DNA of 63,885 nucleotides, counting the filler, from Asterionella formosa (taxonomy: Eukaryota): NCBI GenBank assembly GCA_002256025.1. It is 8 parts of 8 records of this genome, joined end to end, with 100 filler letters (N's around TTAATTAATTAA, not from the genome) between each part and the next. Parts side by side here need not be neighbours in the genome. Positions count along the whole stretch, not along the records: positions 1 to 26,694 come from NKIB01001646.1; 7 more parts are not named here. One strand, given 5' to 3'. The notes under the pieces were generated by a model that worked only from the letters and a program-made list of their open reading frames with translations, was not told the origin of the DNA and ran no database searches. The position numbers and the translations under genes are program-made. Below, in pieces: positions 1 to 11,176 of the stretch (positions are counted from its first letter, which is position 1; every line of letters starts with the position of its first letter).

Positions 1-266
1 TATGCGGTTCCATTTGCCTTGCTTGTAGTATCTTCAGGGAGATTCCAATGACTGATCTGTAGTAACAAATACACAAAAACACTTGGGAGTTATAAGATCG
101 CCAAGTATAACTTTCTGTCTGGTGCTGTATAATTGTATCAATGGTGTTGCTTGGACGATGTACACAGCCAGCATAAAATTGAAGGAATAGTATATGCCAT
201 TAAAATTATCACTGGTGCCTTGCCTTGCAGGCTTATTTTCGGTTATTTTATTAGTGACAACAGAAA

Positions 267-435
267 TGATACCCGCGTGAAAATGTCAGTATCACTGATA
301 CCGTTTTTGGAGGGGGCAAAAAAAGGTATCAATTTTGTATCAATGATACAAAATTGATACCATCAAGTTACCGTTGCTGATACCGTGTTTTGATACCAAC
401 CGTCACTTTTTGCCCGCAACCCGGAAATGATACAG
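267..435. repeat. Cluster of TGATAC/GTATCA motifs including a perfect 18-bp inverted repeat (325-361); probable subterminal region of a DNA transposon
   Basis: About 10 TGATAC/GTATCA copies in both orientations; ggtatcaattttgtatca-a-tgatacaaaattgatacc is a perfect hairpin. Confidence 0.5.
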
Positions 436-881
436 CAAATTCGGAATGATAAGAACGACCATTATATTTCCTTGACTTTCATATTACCAGTATAATGCTG
501 TTACCTGAGACCTGGTACCCGGTACCTGGTATCTGAAATACCAGGTATTGCCCTTCAGGAGTACTCTGCCAATACCTGGAACTGTCCGGTAAACGGAAAC
601 CAGTGTGCATTCGATATGATTCCCTGGTACCTGGTACTGTACCGGGTACCTGTACCGGAATGTCATTATTAATTGCGGTGGTACGTGGTCTATGCAACCA
701 ACATTACAAATTGTGACAACGTGCCCTTCCATTCTGTTGCATCTTCATTATCCAGTGCAAGCTCAACCTGAAGCAGACCCTAAAAACTGGAGACATTGGG
801 CGTTCCTGCGAAGCTACCGGCAGTTGAATAGCGACCACTCTGACTGCACAGAGCTCTGCGCAACGCAACGGAAGCAGCACG

Positions 882-2885
882 ATGGCAAAGGAACTTGCTC
901 AAGAAACATCCAGTTGGTACATTTCGCACCAAGATCCATATGCGTCTCATAGTAGCAATATCAGGAACTTCCTTCGCGGGCCTGTGCTTGCGCTGACGTT
1001 GAGAATGCTCCTGGCACCAGAACACCAACTAGAGATGGAGCAGGCACCCCACGAGGACTCAGACCCAAACAGTTGGACGTCCTACTTGGCCAATGTCGCC
1101 ATAGAACAATGGACCAAGCACGACCAGGACGCATACGATAACCTAGAGAGACGGGCAAGGGCTAGGATGGATGGTTTTATCGCAGGATGCGCCTTGGCTG
1201 TACCGAACGACTTTGACGAAGTCCCCGGTGAAGCTCCGCGGTCCACTAAGAATCTTTTGCCCAACGGGACTGCCGCGCAACAGAAGGATGCCTCTATGGA
1301 TGCAGGCCTTGCTGGGTTCAAGAGCAACATGTATGGATCCCCTATTCTGCTCAATATTCCCGCGGCTCATTCATTGCGTAGAATAACAAGCACAGGCGCC
1401 AGCACCAACCAAACTCGCTGTCCTCAGTTTCATCATTATGAGCTCGCCACCAGACTCGAGTTGTATATTCGGTGCTTAAAACTCGTACGATCAATTGGAA
1501 AGGAAGTTATTGTAGATTTAGAATCACCAAAAGCCATCAAATCAAGAGCGAATGCCGTTGTGCGAAGCTTCGTTGCCACGGTTGGGTGCGTGCGAAGCAT
1601 GCGACCTTGTTTAACGCTACTGTTACAATGTTTGACCCGAGAGCTGCTTGCCGTCGACTCGCTTTGCAACGAAATTTCGAATGTAATTCGGCGATTGGTA
1701 TCGGAATACGAGCATCAGACTTCGTTCGCATCCTTGGCGTTTTTGTCGTCGCCAGAGGACTCGGCAGCGAACCGACTAACCCCTCTAGTTACTTCTTACC
1801 TTCAATACTTACGATCAAATTGGGAAATGATCGTCGAAGGTTGTGAAATAGAACGTATGTTGAGCAAAGTATTGCAGCCAGAGATGCGACATTTGTTCAA
1901 AACTATTGATTTTAAATCAATTGGGCACTTACTGGAAGTATGCCATGGCTTTCACAAGGAACTGCAGTCGATTGAATTACCTCCTGGTATTGGGGGGATA
2001 AGTGGCCAGAATGTTGACTCAGTATGTAGCAATTCCAAAGCGATCCAGCAAGCTATTCGAGATTTACAGCGTGAAGTAATTACAGTGAACGGACACATTC
2101 TTCCACCTGCCAATAGTCGCAAAGAATTGTTGCAACTTTTGTCGCAAATGTTGAACTCGCGTTCTCTTCTTACTACCAGCAATGGCAGACACAAGTCAAA
2201 GAAAAACGGTTTGACTCTTTCTCGCAAGTCCGTCAGTTGTCCATCTCTCATTATAAATGATACGAAGCAGAACCAAGAGCTGGATAGTGAAGGCTTCATT
2301 TCGTCTGGAAATGAAGGTGACACTGATGATGGCAATACGTACATAAGAAGGCCTGTGGAGGTATCACATAGAAATCGCCGGCGTAGTTTTCATGTCAGTA
2401 TGGTTGACTTGATGACAAGACGACTTTTGATTGCTTCAAGTCGAACTGGGATGGGTGGCGATGCATTTTTCATTGTTCGAGACTTATTTGGAGGTGATGA
2501 TGTCGAGGTTGTTCCGTCTCGTGCTGCAACTGCACATGGCCAGCCACGAGTCGGCACGATTGAAATCGTTGTTCGATTGGCCAGTGTGACTATCAAGTGT
2601 CATGGATCTTTGGATGTGTACCCCAAGTCTAGAATTGGCGACTGCGAACCGCTGATTCAACTTCATACGACAACGGCGGAAACTATTAGTTTACAAGAAG
2701 TACGTGCAAGTGATAGTGAGAGAGGGGAGGGGAAAATCGATGCTTACTCATCTGAGGAAGATGGGAATGATGAAGGATCAAAAATGGTTTTGCAAGAGAA
2801 GAAAAATGATCGCACTGGTTGGAGAACATTATCAATCAGTCCAGCCTTGTACGAAGCTGTGGAGAAGTGGACAACACCAAGTTAG
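882..2885 (+). CDS. Hypothetical protein, 667 aa, intronless
   Basis: Long uninterrupted ORF with protein-like composition; no domain recognised. Confidence 0.85.
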   Translation: MAKELAQETSSWYISHQDPYASHSSNIRNFLRGPVLALTLRMLLAPEHQLEMEQAPHEDSDPNSWTSYLANVAIEQWTKHDQDAYDNLERRARARMDGFIAGCALAVPNDFDEVPGEAPRSTKNLLPNGTAAQQKDASMDAGLAGFKSNMYGSPILLNIPAAHSLRRITSTGASTNQTRCPQFHHYELATRLELYIRCLKLVRSIGKEVIVDLESPKAIKSRANAVVRSFVATVGCVRSMRPCLTLLLQCLTRELLAVDSLCNEISNVIRRLVSEYEHQTSFASLAFLSSPEDSAANRLTPLVTSYLQYLRSNWEMIVEGCEIERMLSKVLQPEMRHLFKTIDFKSIGHLLEVCHGFHKELQSIELPPGIGGISGQNVDSVCSNSKAIQQAIRDLQREVITVNGHILPPANSRKELLQLLSQMLNSRSLLTTSNGRHKSKKNGLTLSRKSVSCPSLIINDTKQNQELDSEGFISSGNEGDTDDGNTYIRRPVEVSHRNRRRSFHVSMVDLMTRRLLIASSRTGMGGDAFFIVRDLFGGDDVEVVPSRAATAHGQPRVGTIEIVVRLASVTIKCHGSLDVYPKSRIGDCEPLIQLHTTTAETISLQEVRASDSERGEGKIDAYSSEEDGNDEGSKMVLQEKKNDRTGWRTLSISPALYEAVEKWTTPS

Positions 2886-4905
2886 CTGAAGCCATCAGCA
2901 TTTTTCTATTGAAGGTGTTGTGTTCAATACTTATAATAGAAATACGATATCAATAATAGAAGTCACTTCTGATGTACAGGTGCTTGAGGTAAGTGCTCCT
3001 TAGTAAAGTAGCCATTGCATTGTTTGCAGCTTGCTGCAGCCGGATCTTGTAGTGTGCTAAGAAACTTGTCTGTCGTACAACCATCATGGTGTTTAGACTG
3101 TTTGTTACATTGGCAGCAATTAATCAAGTGCTATATCCTCATTGGCAACCACCATGATCTTCATGGAGTGAGTGAGGAACATTTGTGTTCAAAATATGTA
3201 TTCATATAGCACAACAAATTGAGAATGATAAATTGAAATAAAAAGTTTCCAGTGATGTACCAGTATGGTAAATATACCCACATGTGCTACAAGCTAAGCA
3301 GGATGAATAAAGTTAATGCTACCCAGGATGCTCGAAGAAACATGGGGCACTATGATGGATCACATTAAGTGGAGGAACTCAGACTCAGTAGGTGGTGGAG
3401 AACACTTCCACATGGCAGAATTGTGGTGATCAAAATATGCAATGAGTATGGCAATAATTATATATACACCACCATTCTTCGTTTTTCTGAAGAGCAGTTC
3501 AACCTGGTGTTGTTGATTGTTGATCCTTTTCCAGAGTGGTTTGTTTGAGGGACACTTGATCAGACTAAGTCTCAATGGTCAGCAATGGAGTAGAGAAGAA
3601 ATTTTTTCCCACCCCCACCCTCAGGCATTTAAATTGGATACCTGGTCTGAGGTAACAACAAGTATTGCAGGTTTTCCAATGTTCAGGGGCAACATCATAT
3701 CAACCAAGGAAGTGGACAATTTTTCTGTCAATGAATAATCATTATCATTTCTATCCAAATTGTAGTTGTTAATGAATTCATTATCAGTAGGCTCATTTGC
3801 AACAATCAGAATCAATGGAGAATGGTCTGTTGACATAGAAGAAGAAGACATGGATGATATGTCATCCAGCTGTACTGTAGGATCAACAACAACAGCTGAA
3901 GGGAAAGCATGTTGGAAATTATGAGTTTTCGCTTGCGCCTGTTGTGCCTGTTGCAACTGTTGCATTGCACAGCATGAATTGGTCAGCCTGCACGATGTTC
4001 CCTTTGAAAAGTTATCCGGTTTTCAATTGTTCAAATCAGTTGTGTTGTCTATACAAGCATTGACACAATTAGAGTTGAACAGGCGATATTGTCTTTGTCA
4101 ATGATGAAGAGCGAGTTTTCATTGACAAGGAGACTGTTGATGAAAAGTATAGATAAACGATGTATACTTGTTGTTGAAAAGACTTTTTTGGTTTCCATTC
4201 TAGCGTAGTAATGTATTCATATTTGAAATACAAAGTAGCTTTTTGGCATTAAGATGGCAAACACACCAGTGCACAAGATTGCCTGTGCGTTGCAACACAC
4301 AAGATGGCACCACTAATCGCCCAAAAGCTGTGTATCTGTGTATTTCTGCCAATGATAAGTTATAGCTCTACATCACTGGGTATTTTATTACTGATCAGCA
4401 AAAAGACCAAGCACACGTGTTGGTAGGGTAAACCTGTATGTAACAGGATATCAGCAACATGCAGTAAATTTGCCAAAATCACGATTTCGTCATTGCAGAT
4501 ATTCTCACTTGCTGATCCAATACTTAAATAAATATTCTGGCCAGCTCGGACAGCAGTTATCTTTCAATCGTGGTAGGATTGTTAGTCAAAATTTCCTAGT
4601 TTTCCGGATTCCTAATTAAAGCTAAAACTTGTTTTCGCAGTTTCCCCGCGATTTTTGACGAGGTCAGTCAATAAAACCCTACTATAGTACTTTTTAGACA
4701 GACAATTTTGATTTGATACCCCTATTAATCAATTAACAGAACAAAGCTAGTGCCTCTCAAAAGACCATGATGGTAACTTTTGAGACTTTAATGGATCAAA
4801 AAACAACCTTTAAAGGCAACAGTACTGTTTGTTTGCCTTCATTGGAGACCATGTAAGATTGTTATAGTCATCGGAATAGGTTTGTCTGTAAAAAAAATAG
4901 GGTGT

Positions 4906-5068
4906 ACCGGGTGTCATACATTGTGTTGCTCGCTTTGGACATTGTACTGCACTATGAATATAATACCGGTACGCACCGGGTATCATACCCTGTGGATTAA
5001 TAATAAGCTGGTTGGCTGGTTGCTCGGTTTGGACATCGTACTGTACAATGAATAAAATGCCGGTATGT
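4906..5068. repeat. Imperfect tandem duplication (~70-90 bp units)
   Basis: accgggt(g/a)tcatac...ttgctcg(c/g)tttggacat(t/c)gtactg...atgaata occurs twice. Confidence 0.7.
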
Positions 5069-5088
5069 ATATACTCGGTATATAAATA

Positions 5089-5232
5089 GGAAAATGATAT
5101 TTCGTCCTCCGTAACCCTAACCCGAAGCCCTAACCCTAATCTTCAGCTGCTACATACCTTTGAAGAGTCTAGGGTTAAAATAGGGTTAGGGGGACGAAAT
5201 ATCGAATTTGGGGGGACGAAATATCATTTTCC
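5089..5232. mobile_element. 144-bp MITE with 19-bp TIRs and internal telomere-like CCCTAA/TTAGGG hexamers
   Basis: GGAAAATGATATTTCGTCC...GGACGAAATATCATTTTCC; TATAAATA on both flanks (5081-5088, 5233-5240); second copy at 62618-62764. Confidence 0.85.
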
Positions 5233-5383
5233 TATAAATATATATTTTTATTTTTATTTCATAAATACGTAAATACATAATGTAGCGAGCAAAGGCTGAT
5301 ACAACCAACAGTGATGAAGACCCTCCCTCCCTGTGTGAGTCCGTCGACACACCTAGCTTGAGTCAGCAACCGCGTACCGAACA

Positions 5384-7402
5384 ATGGCACATTCAGGCGC
5401 CCAACATCAGGGTGACGCGCACAGTGTAGCAAGCAAAATGAGCTCGACAACATCGTCGTCGAGGGCCAGTCCAATAAACAGCCGCCTCGAAGTTCCATCT
5501 GTGATTGGCAGCGTCACTCCTCTTCTTCCAGACACGAAACATCGCGCAGTCCATCAGATACGACTGTCAGCACTTACTCACAATTACCATTGCGTGGAAG
5601 CTGCAGCGAATAGGCAAAAGTGTTCTGTAATTGTCGTAGTTAAAGCAGATGGGTATGGGCATGGAGCTGTGGCTACGGCGATTCACTTGGCAGATTCAGC
5701 AGGAGCCGATGCATTTGCTGTTGCAACCTTGGAGGAAGCGATTGTTTTGAGAAAAGCATTTGAAACGACGCCTTTGGGAGGAGCGAAAGACTTGGTGAAC
5801 GGAACACGAAGAAGTGGTGGAGCTGCTACCAGCCAATTATCTTCGTTCTTTCAACCACCAGATATGGATGGAGCAGAGACTGTTTCTACTGTTGGTACTC
5901 GGATATCACAGCCAGAGCCGACGGAACCGAATCAACGTCCTCGAAATATTAGAATTTTGGTCATAGGGCCTCCCGTTGGATATCCTCGCTGTTTCGACGA
6001 TTACTTTTATTACAATATCGAACTAATGGTGTCAGGACCAGAAGTGGCATCAGCCTTGATGGCATGGGTTGCTGATGCTGATCAACGAAAGATGACTCTT
6101 GTTGAGCGAGCTGCTACAGAGTCAAAAGCACAAGCACTTTTGAACTTTACGATTAATCTTGGAAGCGAGGAAGAACCAACCGTTCGAGAAAACAAATCGG
6201 TTTCAGCTACATTATCGAATGTTTCGGGCCAGGACCTGGTTAACGAGGTTCGAAACTATCTCATTAAGCAAGAGAAAAATATGAAGCAATCGAAACCGAA
6301 TTCTAAATCCGGTAGTGGTAGATTGACGCCTGCAAATGGCAACCCAACTCCCTTCGTACCCAAAACACCGCCAAGCAACGAAAATCCAACTCTTAGCTTT
6401 GGTGGTATCGAAGCGGCTGCGAAGAACTCAAGGACGAGGGAGAAGGCGGTGAAGGCCAACGAAATATTTGTAGAAGAATCGACGGAAGTTTCCTCTCTTG
6501 CCCTTTCCACTATTACACACATGGCAGGTCGGGTAAAGCGCGTACTCAGATGGCATGCAGACGTTGAGAGTGGTATGGGTCGACTCGGTTTTAAGATAGA
6601 ACCAGTTCCTAATGGGGATACCACTGGAGCACGTGATACAGTCTCTATTTTGAGAGAACTGGTACTTGCTGAAGTTTGTGGGAATGCACCTTTGGAGTTT
6701 TATGGCATGTGCACACATATGGCAGAAGCGAAGTCAGAGTCAGACTTTACCAATGCTCAAATCGAACGCTTCAAGGGCTTGCTCAAGCGCGTTCGAGATG
6801 CTGGTATTTTGGTTCCTACTGTGAGCACAGACAATTCCGCTGCCTTACTTACAACAACGTTGACACACTTTGATCCCAACGAGCTTCTTTCACAGCCCGA
6901 AACGCCGACGCGTGGGTATGTTCGAACCGGAGGTGCTATTTACGGCCAACGGCCCGCGTTTTCCCAACTTCGAGCTGTTTCAACCTTAAAGGTGGCAGTC
7001 CGTCACGTGGCTATCATCCAACAAGGCGAGAGCGTAGGATACGATCGAGCCTACATTGCACCATATGAAGTTCGGATTGCGACCCTAACGATCGGTTTTG
7101 CCGATGGTTACCCTCGGGAGCTTGGAAATGGTGTGGGCATCGTGTCAATTCGAGGGGAAGTCTTTCCTGTGGTCGGAAACGTTTGTATGGATATGATTAT
7201 GGTTGAACTGGGTCCGGCCGAAGATTTGGGTATTGGATCTGATGTTGTTGTGGGAGATGTCGCTATTCTGTGGGGACCGGAAGACGACGAGGATGGCGAA
7301 GGTTTGGTGAGTCTGCAGTATCTTGCTACAAAGCTAAAGACCACACAATCTGCCATGACTTGTGGACTAGACAGGATTCGGGTGAACCGGTTGTTGATTT
7401 AA
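5384..7402 (+). CDS. alr: Alanine racemase (PLP-dependent, fold type III) with long insertions, 672 aa
   Basis: VVKADGYGHG PLP-lysine motif, FAVATLEEA, SGMGRLG, THMAEA, NSAA, VRTGGAIYG, GESVGY (catalytic Tyr), IGFADGYPR, VGNVCMDMIMV. Confidence 0.93.
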   Translation: MAHSGAQHQGDAHSVASKMSSTTSSSRASPINSRLEVPSVIGSVTPLLPDTKHRAVHQIRLSALTHNYHCVEAAANRQKCSVIVVVKADGYGHGAVATAIHLADSAGADAFAVATLEEAIVLRKAFETTPLGGAKDLVNGTRRSGGAATSQLSSFFQPPDMDGAETVSTVGTRISQPEPTEPNQRPRNIRILVIGPPVGYPRCFDDYFYYNIELMVSGPEVASALMAWVADADQRKMTLVERAATESKAQALLNFTINLGSEEEPTVRENKSVSATLSNVSGQDLVNEVRNYLIKQEKNMKQSKPNSKSGSGRLTPANGNPTPFVPKTPPSNENPTLSFGGIEAAAKNSRTREKAVKANEIFVEESTEVSSLALSTITHMAGRVKRVLRWHADVESGMGRLGFKIEPVPNGDTTGARDTVSILRELVLAEVCGNAPLEFYGMCTHMAEAKSESDFTNAQIERFKGLLKRVRDAGILVPTVSTDNSAALLTTTLTHFDPNELLSQPETPTRGYVRTGGAIYGQRPAFSQLRAVSTLKVAVRHVAIIQQGESVGYDRAYIAPYEVRIATLTIGFADGYPRELGNGVGIVSIRGEVFPVVGNVCMDMIMVELGPAEDLGIGSDVVVGDVAILWGPEDDEDGEGLVSLQYLATKLKTTQSAMTCGLDRIRVNRLLI

Positions 7403-7749
7403 GTCCCGCACTGAGGCACGACACTATCCCTTTCTTTCTGAAAAGGAGTTCGTGGAGAAGAATAAATGATGAACCCTACATTCACATAATTGGTCATTGA
7501 ATAGGGAACATTGGAACCGTTGCCAACATAGTGAACTTCTTATGATACCCAATGTAGTAAATGTGACTTCTCAGCTATAAAATGAGTTGTCAAGCCTTGA
7601 CAACTTAATAGAATGAATGCGAGAAAGTTGTGCCCCACATCTTTCTGGGTCAGATGCCGACACACAGCAATACTGTTCAGAAACACTAGTATAGTAGAGG
7701 GTGCCTACATGAATCACTTGCGATTGTTTGTGAACCCCATTTTATTTTA

Positions 7750-8613
7750 TCAAGTAAACATGATTGCATTTCGGTTTCTTGCAGCAGATTCTTCAAAGTG
7801 TCTTAATGCTGCTGGTACGCACTGTGGGATGATTGTTGGAGGAGCTATCTTTCCACGTCGAGCAGACACATGGAGGTCTAAGAATTCGATCAGTTTGTCC
7901 ACAAACGCACCGGTAGGCCGAAGCAAGGCCTCAATATTATTATGCCCCGCTGCATCGACCCAAAACGGCTTCGCTCGCCATGTTTGAGGCAAAGCGAGGA
8001 AAAGCTCCTCCCCGTGCCAAAAGGGAACGACTTCATCCTGTGTACCGTGAATGATAAAAACGGGGCATCGAATGTACGGTGCATAGTCTATGTTTGGAAA
8101 TCGATCCCCAACCAAGGTAAACCGAAAGTTAAATGCAACACGGTACGCACTGAGCAACGGACTTTGAAGAATCACTCCTCCCACAGGTCTCCCTTCGTTG
8201 GCCGTTTTGGATGCCAAATAGCAGGAAGGCCCAGATCCAAGAGATCGACCGTACAAAACAACTTGTTCCGGCTGAATTCTGCGGACTTCCAACAGATAAC
8301 GGTAGGCAGCTTCAATGTCGGCGTAACAGTTGTCTTCTGTCGGTGTTCCATTTGATTTACCGTACCCTGTATAGTCGTAAGCCATGATATTTACTCTCAA
8401 GACTCTTGCTAAATCATTGAACCAGTCATATATCATGCCTAAATCTTCCGCGTTGCCATGGGAAAACAAGATTGTTACTTGCGCATTCGGTTTCTCGATG
8501 AAAAATGCGGGAACTCGACCTCCTGCAGCTGTATTTAACCAAAAATGTCTGGATGGATGCAGATAGGTAGGAGGTGGAGGCTGAAAAAGCAGCGAGCTAA
8601 TGGCATCACCCAT
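7750..8613 (-). CDS. ABHD17: ABHD17-like alpha/beta hydrolase (depalmitoylase family), 287 aa
   Basis: FSHGNAEDLG, YDYTGYGKSNG, LYGRSLGSGP nucleophile elbow, IIHGTQDEVVP, AGHNNIE; N-terminal MG suggests myristoylation. Confidence 0.92.
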   Translation of the reverse strand: MGDAISSLLFQPPPPTYLHPSRHFWLNTAAGGRVPAFFIEKPNAQVTILFSHGNAEDLGMIYDWFNDLARVLRVNIMAYDYTGYGKSNGTPTEDNCYADIEAAYRYLLEVRRIQPEQVVLYGRSLGSGPSCYLASKTANEGRPVGGVILQSPLLSAYRVAFNFRFTLVGDRFPNIDYAPYIRCPVFIIHGTQDEVVPFWHGEELFLALPQTWRAKPFWVDAAGHNNIEALLRPTGAFVDKLIEFLDLHVSARRGKIAPPTIIPQCVPAALRHFEESAARNRNAIMFT

Positions 8614-9577
8614 TTTCCGTGTTACTCCTTTTCAAAGGTGGATAAAACGATATTGATTTTTTCGTTGTTCCACTTTCTTCCCGTCAAGTAAGCAGTCCCT
8701 CGGTGATTATCTGTATAGGAGATGGAAGGTCAACGTAAAGAAACGCAGAGCGATGAGGAGTTCGTGTGTAAGTTTCGCTGTTCACTAAACCATTTTTGCG
8801 ATTGAATGAAATGCTGTCAGATGCTGCCGTTTGTTTTGTTGTGCTTGCTTCGTACTGTTGTTCGGTGAGGAAGTACCAGGTATCGCTTGTACCTGTTACC
8901 TGGTAACTGGTAGTCTACCTGGGTCTGGGTATACCAGGGTATGGCATATACCACGGTACCAGGTACGAGATATATGTGAATGTTGTAGTAGTCTACCAGT
9001 ACATATATTCGGCACCAATGATATGTACTCCACCTGCAATTCGGAACTGGTTAGGGTGATGTACGGAGTACCAGTATCGGTATACCAGTAATACAATAAT
9101 TCTATCCTTTACTCAGTTTTCTTCGAGTTTGCAAGCAGAACGGCTAATGCCGAGGTTATAAGTAACTGATGGCAAGTTGTGGTCATTTTGCCGAAACTGA
9201 AATTTGGCGCCGGCAGGCAATCAAATTCGACTCCTGTGGTAATATTAATTCAACATTTAGAAATTTTTAATGGTTTCGCCCTGGCACATTAAGTTCAATT
9301 GTGTCTCAAAATCAAATTTTAAAGAATGATTTTCTGAGTCAAGACTCCTTATTGTTTCATACTTTGTACAGAAGTGCAAACAGATGTGGTGCATATGAAC
9401 ATAGATACTGTTAACATGATATTTCTATATGCACATATTTATACAATGAATCAAACAAAAGAAATTTCCCATTACAATTTTGCAGACCAGCATGATGATA
9501 AACAAATGATTTTTAATTTTGTAGAACTGCTTGACAATTTTATTAGTCTCTTAGTCTTAGATAGAGGACAAGAATTG

Positions 9578-11176
9578 CTGAAGGCAATACACGCCCGAGG
9601 TGGTCTCTTGCCTGCGAGTATACATGTCTTCGAGGCTGGGTGGCGCAAGTAGGTTGACCGTATGAGTGGCACCCCCGGTGCTGCGAGAAGGTAAGTACTA
9701 CCCGAATGGCAAGACAAAAGCTTGAGCGGGAATTGCTATAGCAATTTCCATTCCAATCCATTCTGATTGAGTATAATCGCCAGGCTGCTTCAGCACTATC
9801 GACTCCCTCTAGCTGAATATACGTAGCTTCTGATACAAACTTGTAGTAGAAATGTAGCAAAGCGCGTTAGTACAAGAAAAGCATTGCTTGGCGGCAATAT
9901 TGACATCATTGTCAACGACTATACAAATCAACAAATACGATCAACAACGGCACAATACCACATCTTCAATGAGTAGTCATTGATAAATGCACTGGTTCTT
10001 ATGTAGATATATACAATCGAAACAAGACAACAGTGCGGAACAACAAACAACGACGGAAGCGATCAAAACAAAGCATGGAAGCAATCAAATCGGAAAGTCG
10101 ATAAATAGGATCTACAATCCACATTCAGTGTTTCCCTGTTGTACTAACCGATCCGCTTCAACTAGCATAACAAACACCAGGCGATGGGATCAAAGAAAGA
10201 CAAACGTTGCCTATTGCAAGCCCGAATAGAGCAATGGCAGGCAAGATAGCTAGAGTGAGAACTATAATTGTGAGGACGAAATCGGGCATACTGTATGTAA
10301 ATCAATGAATATGTGAACGATATAATTTAACATTCTGGTCTCGTAAAAATTATACCGAGTCTACATACAGAGATAGTATCATAACGTGTTCAAAGTAAGC
10401 GTTAAAGCATAGCTTAAACCATGCATGGTTGTTTTTAGTACCACGTACGTATGTAGACTAGATGAATGCCGGTACCGGCAGAATATCCGTTAAGCATCAT
10501 CACATGCATGACCGGAGCAAAAACTTGCCACCAACATCAGATGTATCAATATCATCGGTCGTCCGACGAGATATGAACGATGCGACTACATGAATTCCTC
10601 GAGAAGACAAGCAATCCAAAAACCAACAACATCCGTTAGACAACGAATCGCTACTGGCGTCATCGTGGAGCTGATTTCGCTTCAAACCGGTCATGATGGA
10701 TGACGATCGGCATGGTGAAAGGTGAATTGCTGGAGTCCACTTTTCAGGAGACGAACAAAAATGAGGTGAAATCTAGATATAAGTTATTAAATTCTGTGTA
10801 GTATATAAAATGGTTTCCTTAAATAGACCCCTTGCCGATTTCGGCAATCCCAGGGCTGGAAAACCGAGGGGCAATTGGCGTCTGTTGTCTTGCCAAAATA
10901 CTAACATATGAAATATACAAAATATATTTTAATGATGGGCAATATCGGACCTTTGGCAATTTTCGAGGTGAAGATAGGAAATATACTTTATATGATGGGC
11001 AATAGTAAGCTAAAATTGACATTTACGATTTATTTGTGGGCAGTAGGTAAGCGAATGACGCGACGATAGCTAGAGCGGGAATTGCCTCAACAATACCATT
11101 CTCAGTGGCTACTTGCATTCTCGTATACATGTGTACTCGCAGGAAAGAGACCACCTCGGGCGTGTATTGCCTTCAG
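9578..11176. mobile_element. ~1.6-kb non-autonomous TIR element (family T)
   Basis: ~56-bp TIRs CTGAAGGCAATACACGCCCGAGGTGGTCTCTT(G/T)CCTGCGAGTA(T/C)ACATGT at 9578 and inverted ending 11176; no coding capacity; inverted copies at 60521-61950 and 29490-30200. Confidence 0.85.

Noticed and set aside
479..732. Short ORFs rich in VPGT/YQVP (also 8831-9096, 23770-24129)
   Set aside because: By-products of TACCWGGTA motif thickets
3300..4000. Gene from the 114-aa and 71-aa minus-strand ORFs
   Set aside because: Fragmented, low complexity and no recognisable domain; may be decayed coding DNA but cannot be supported
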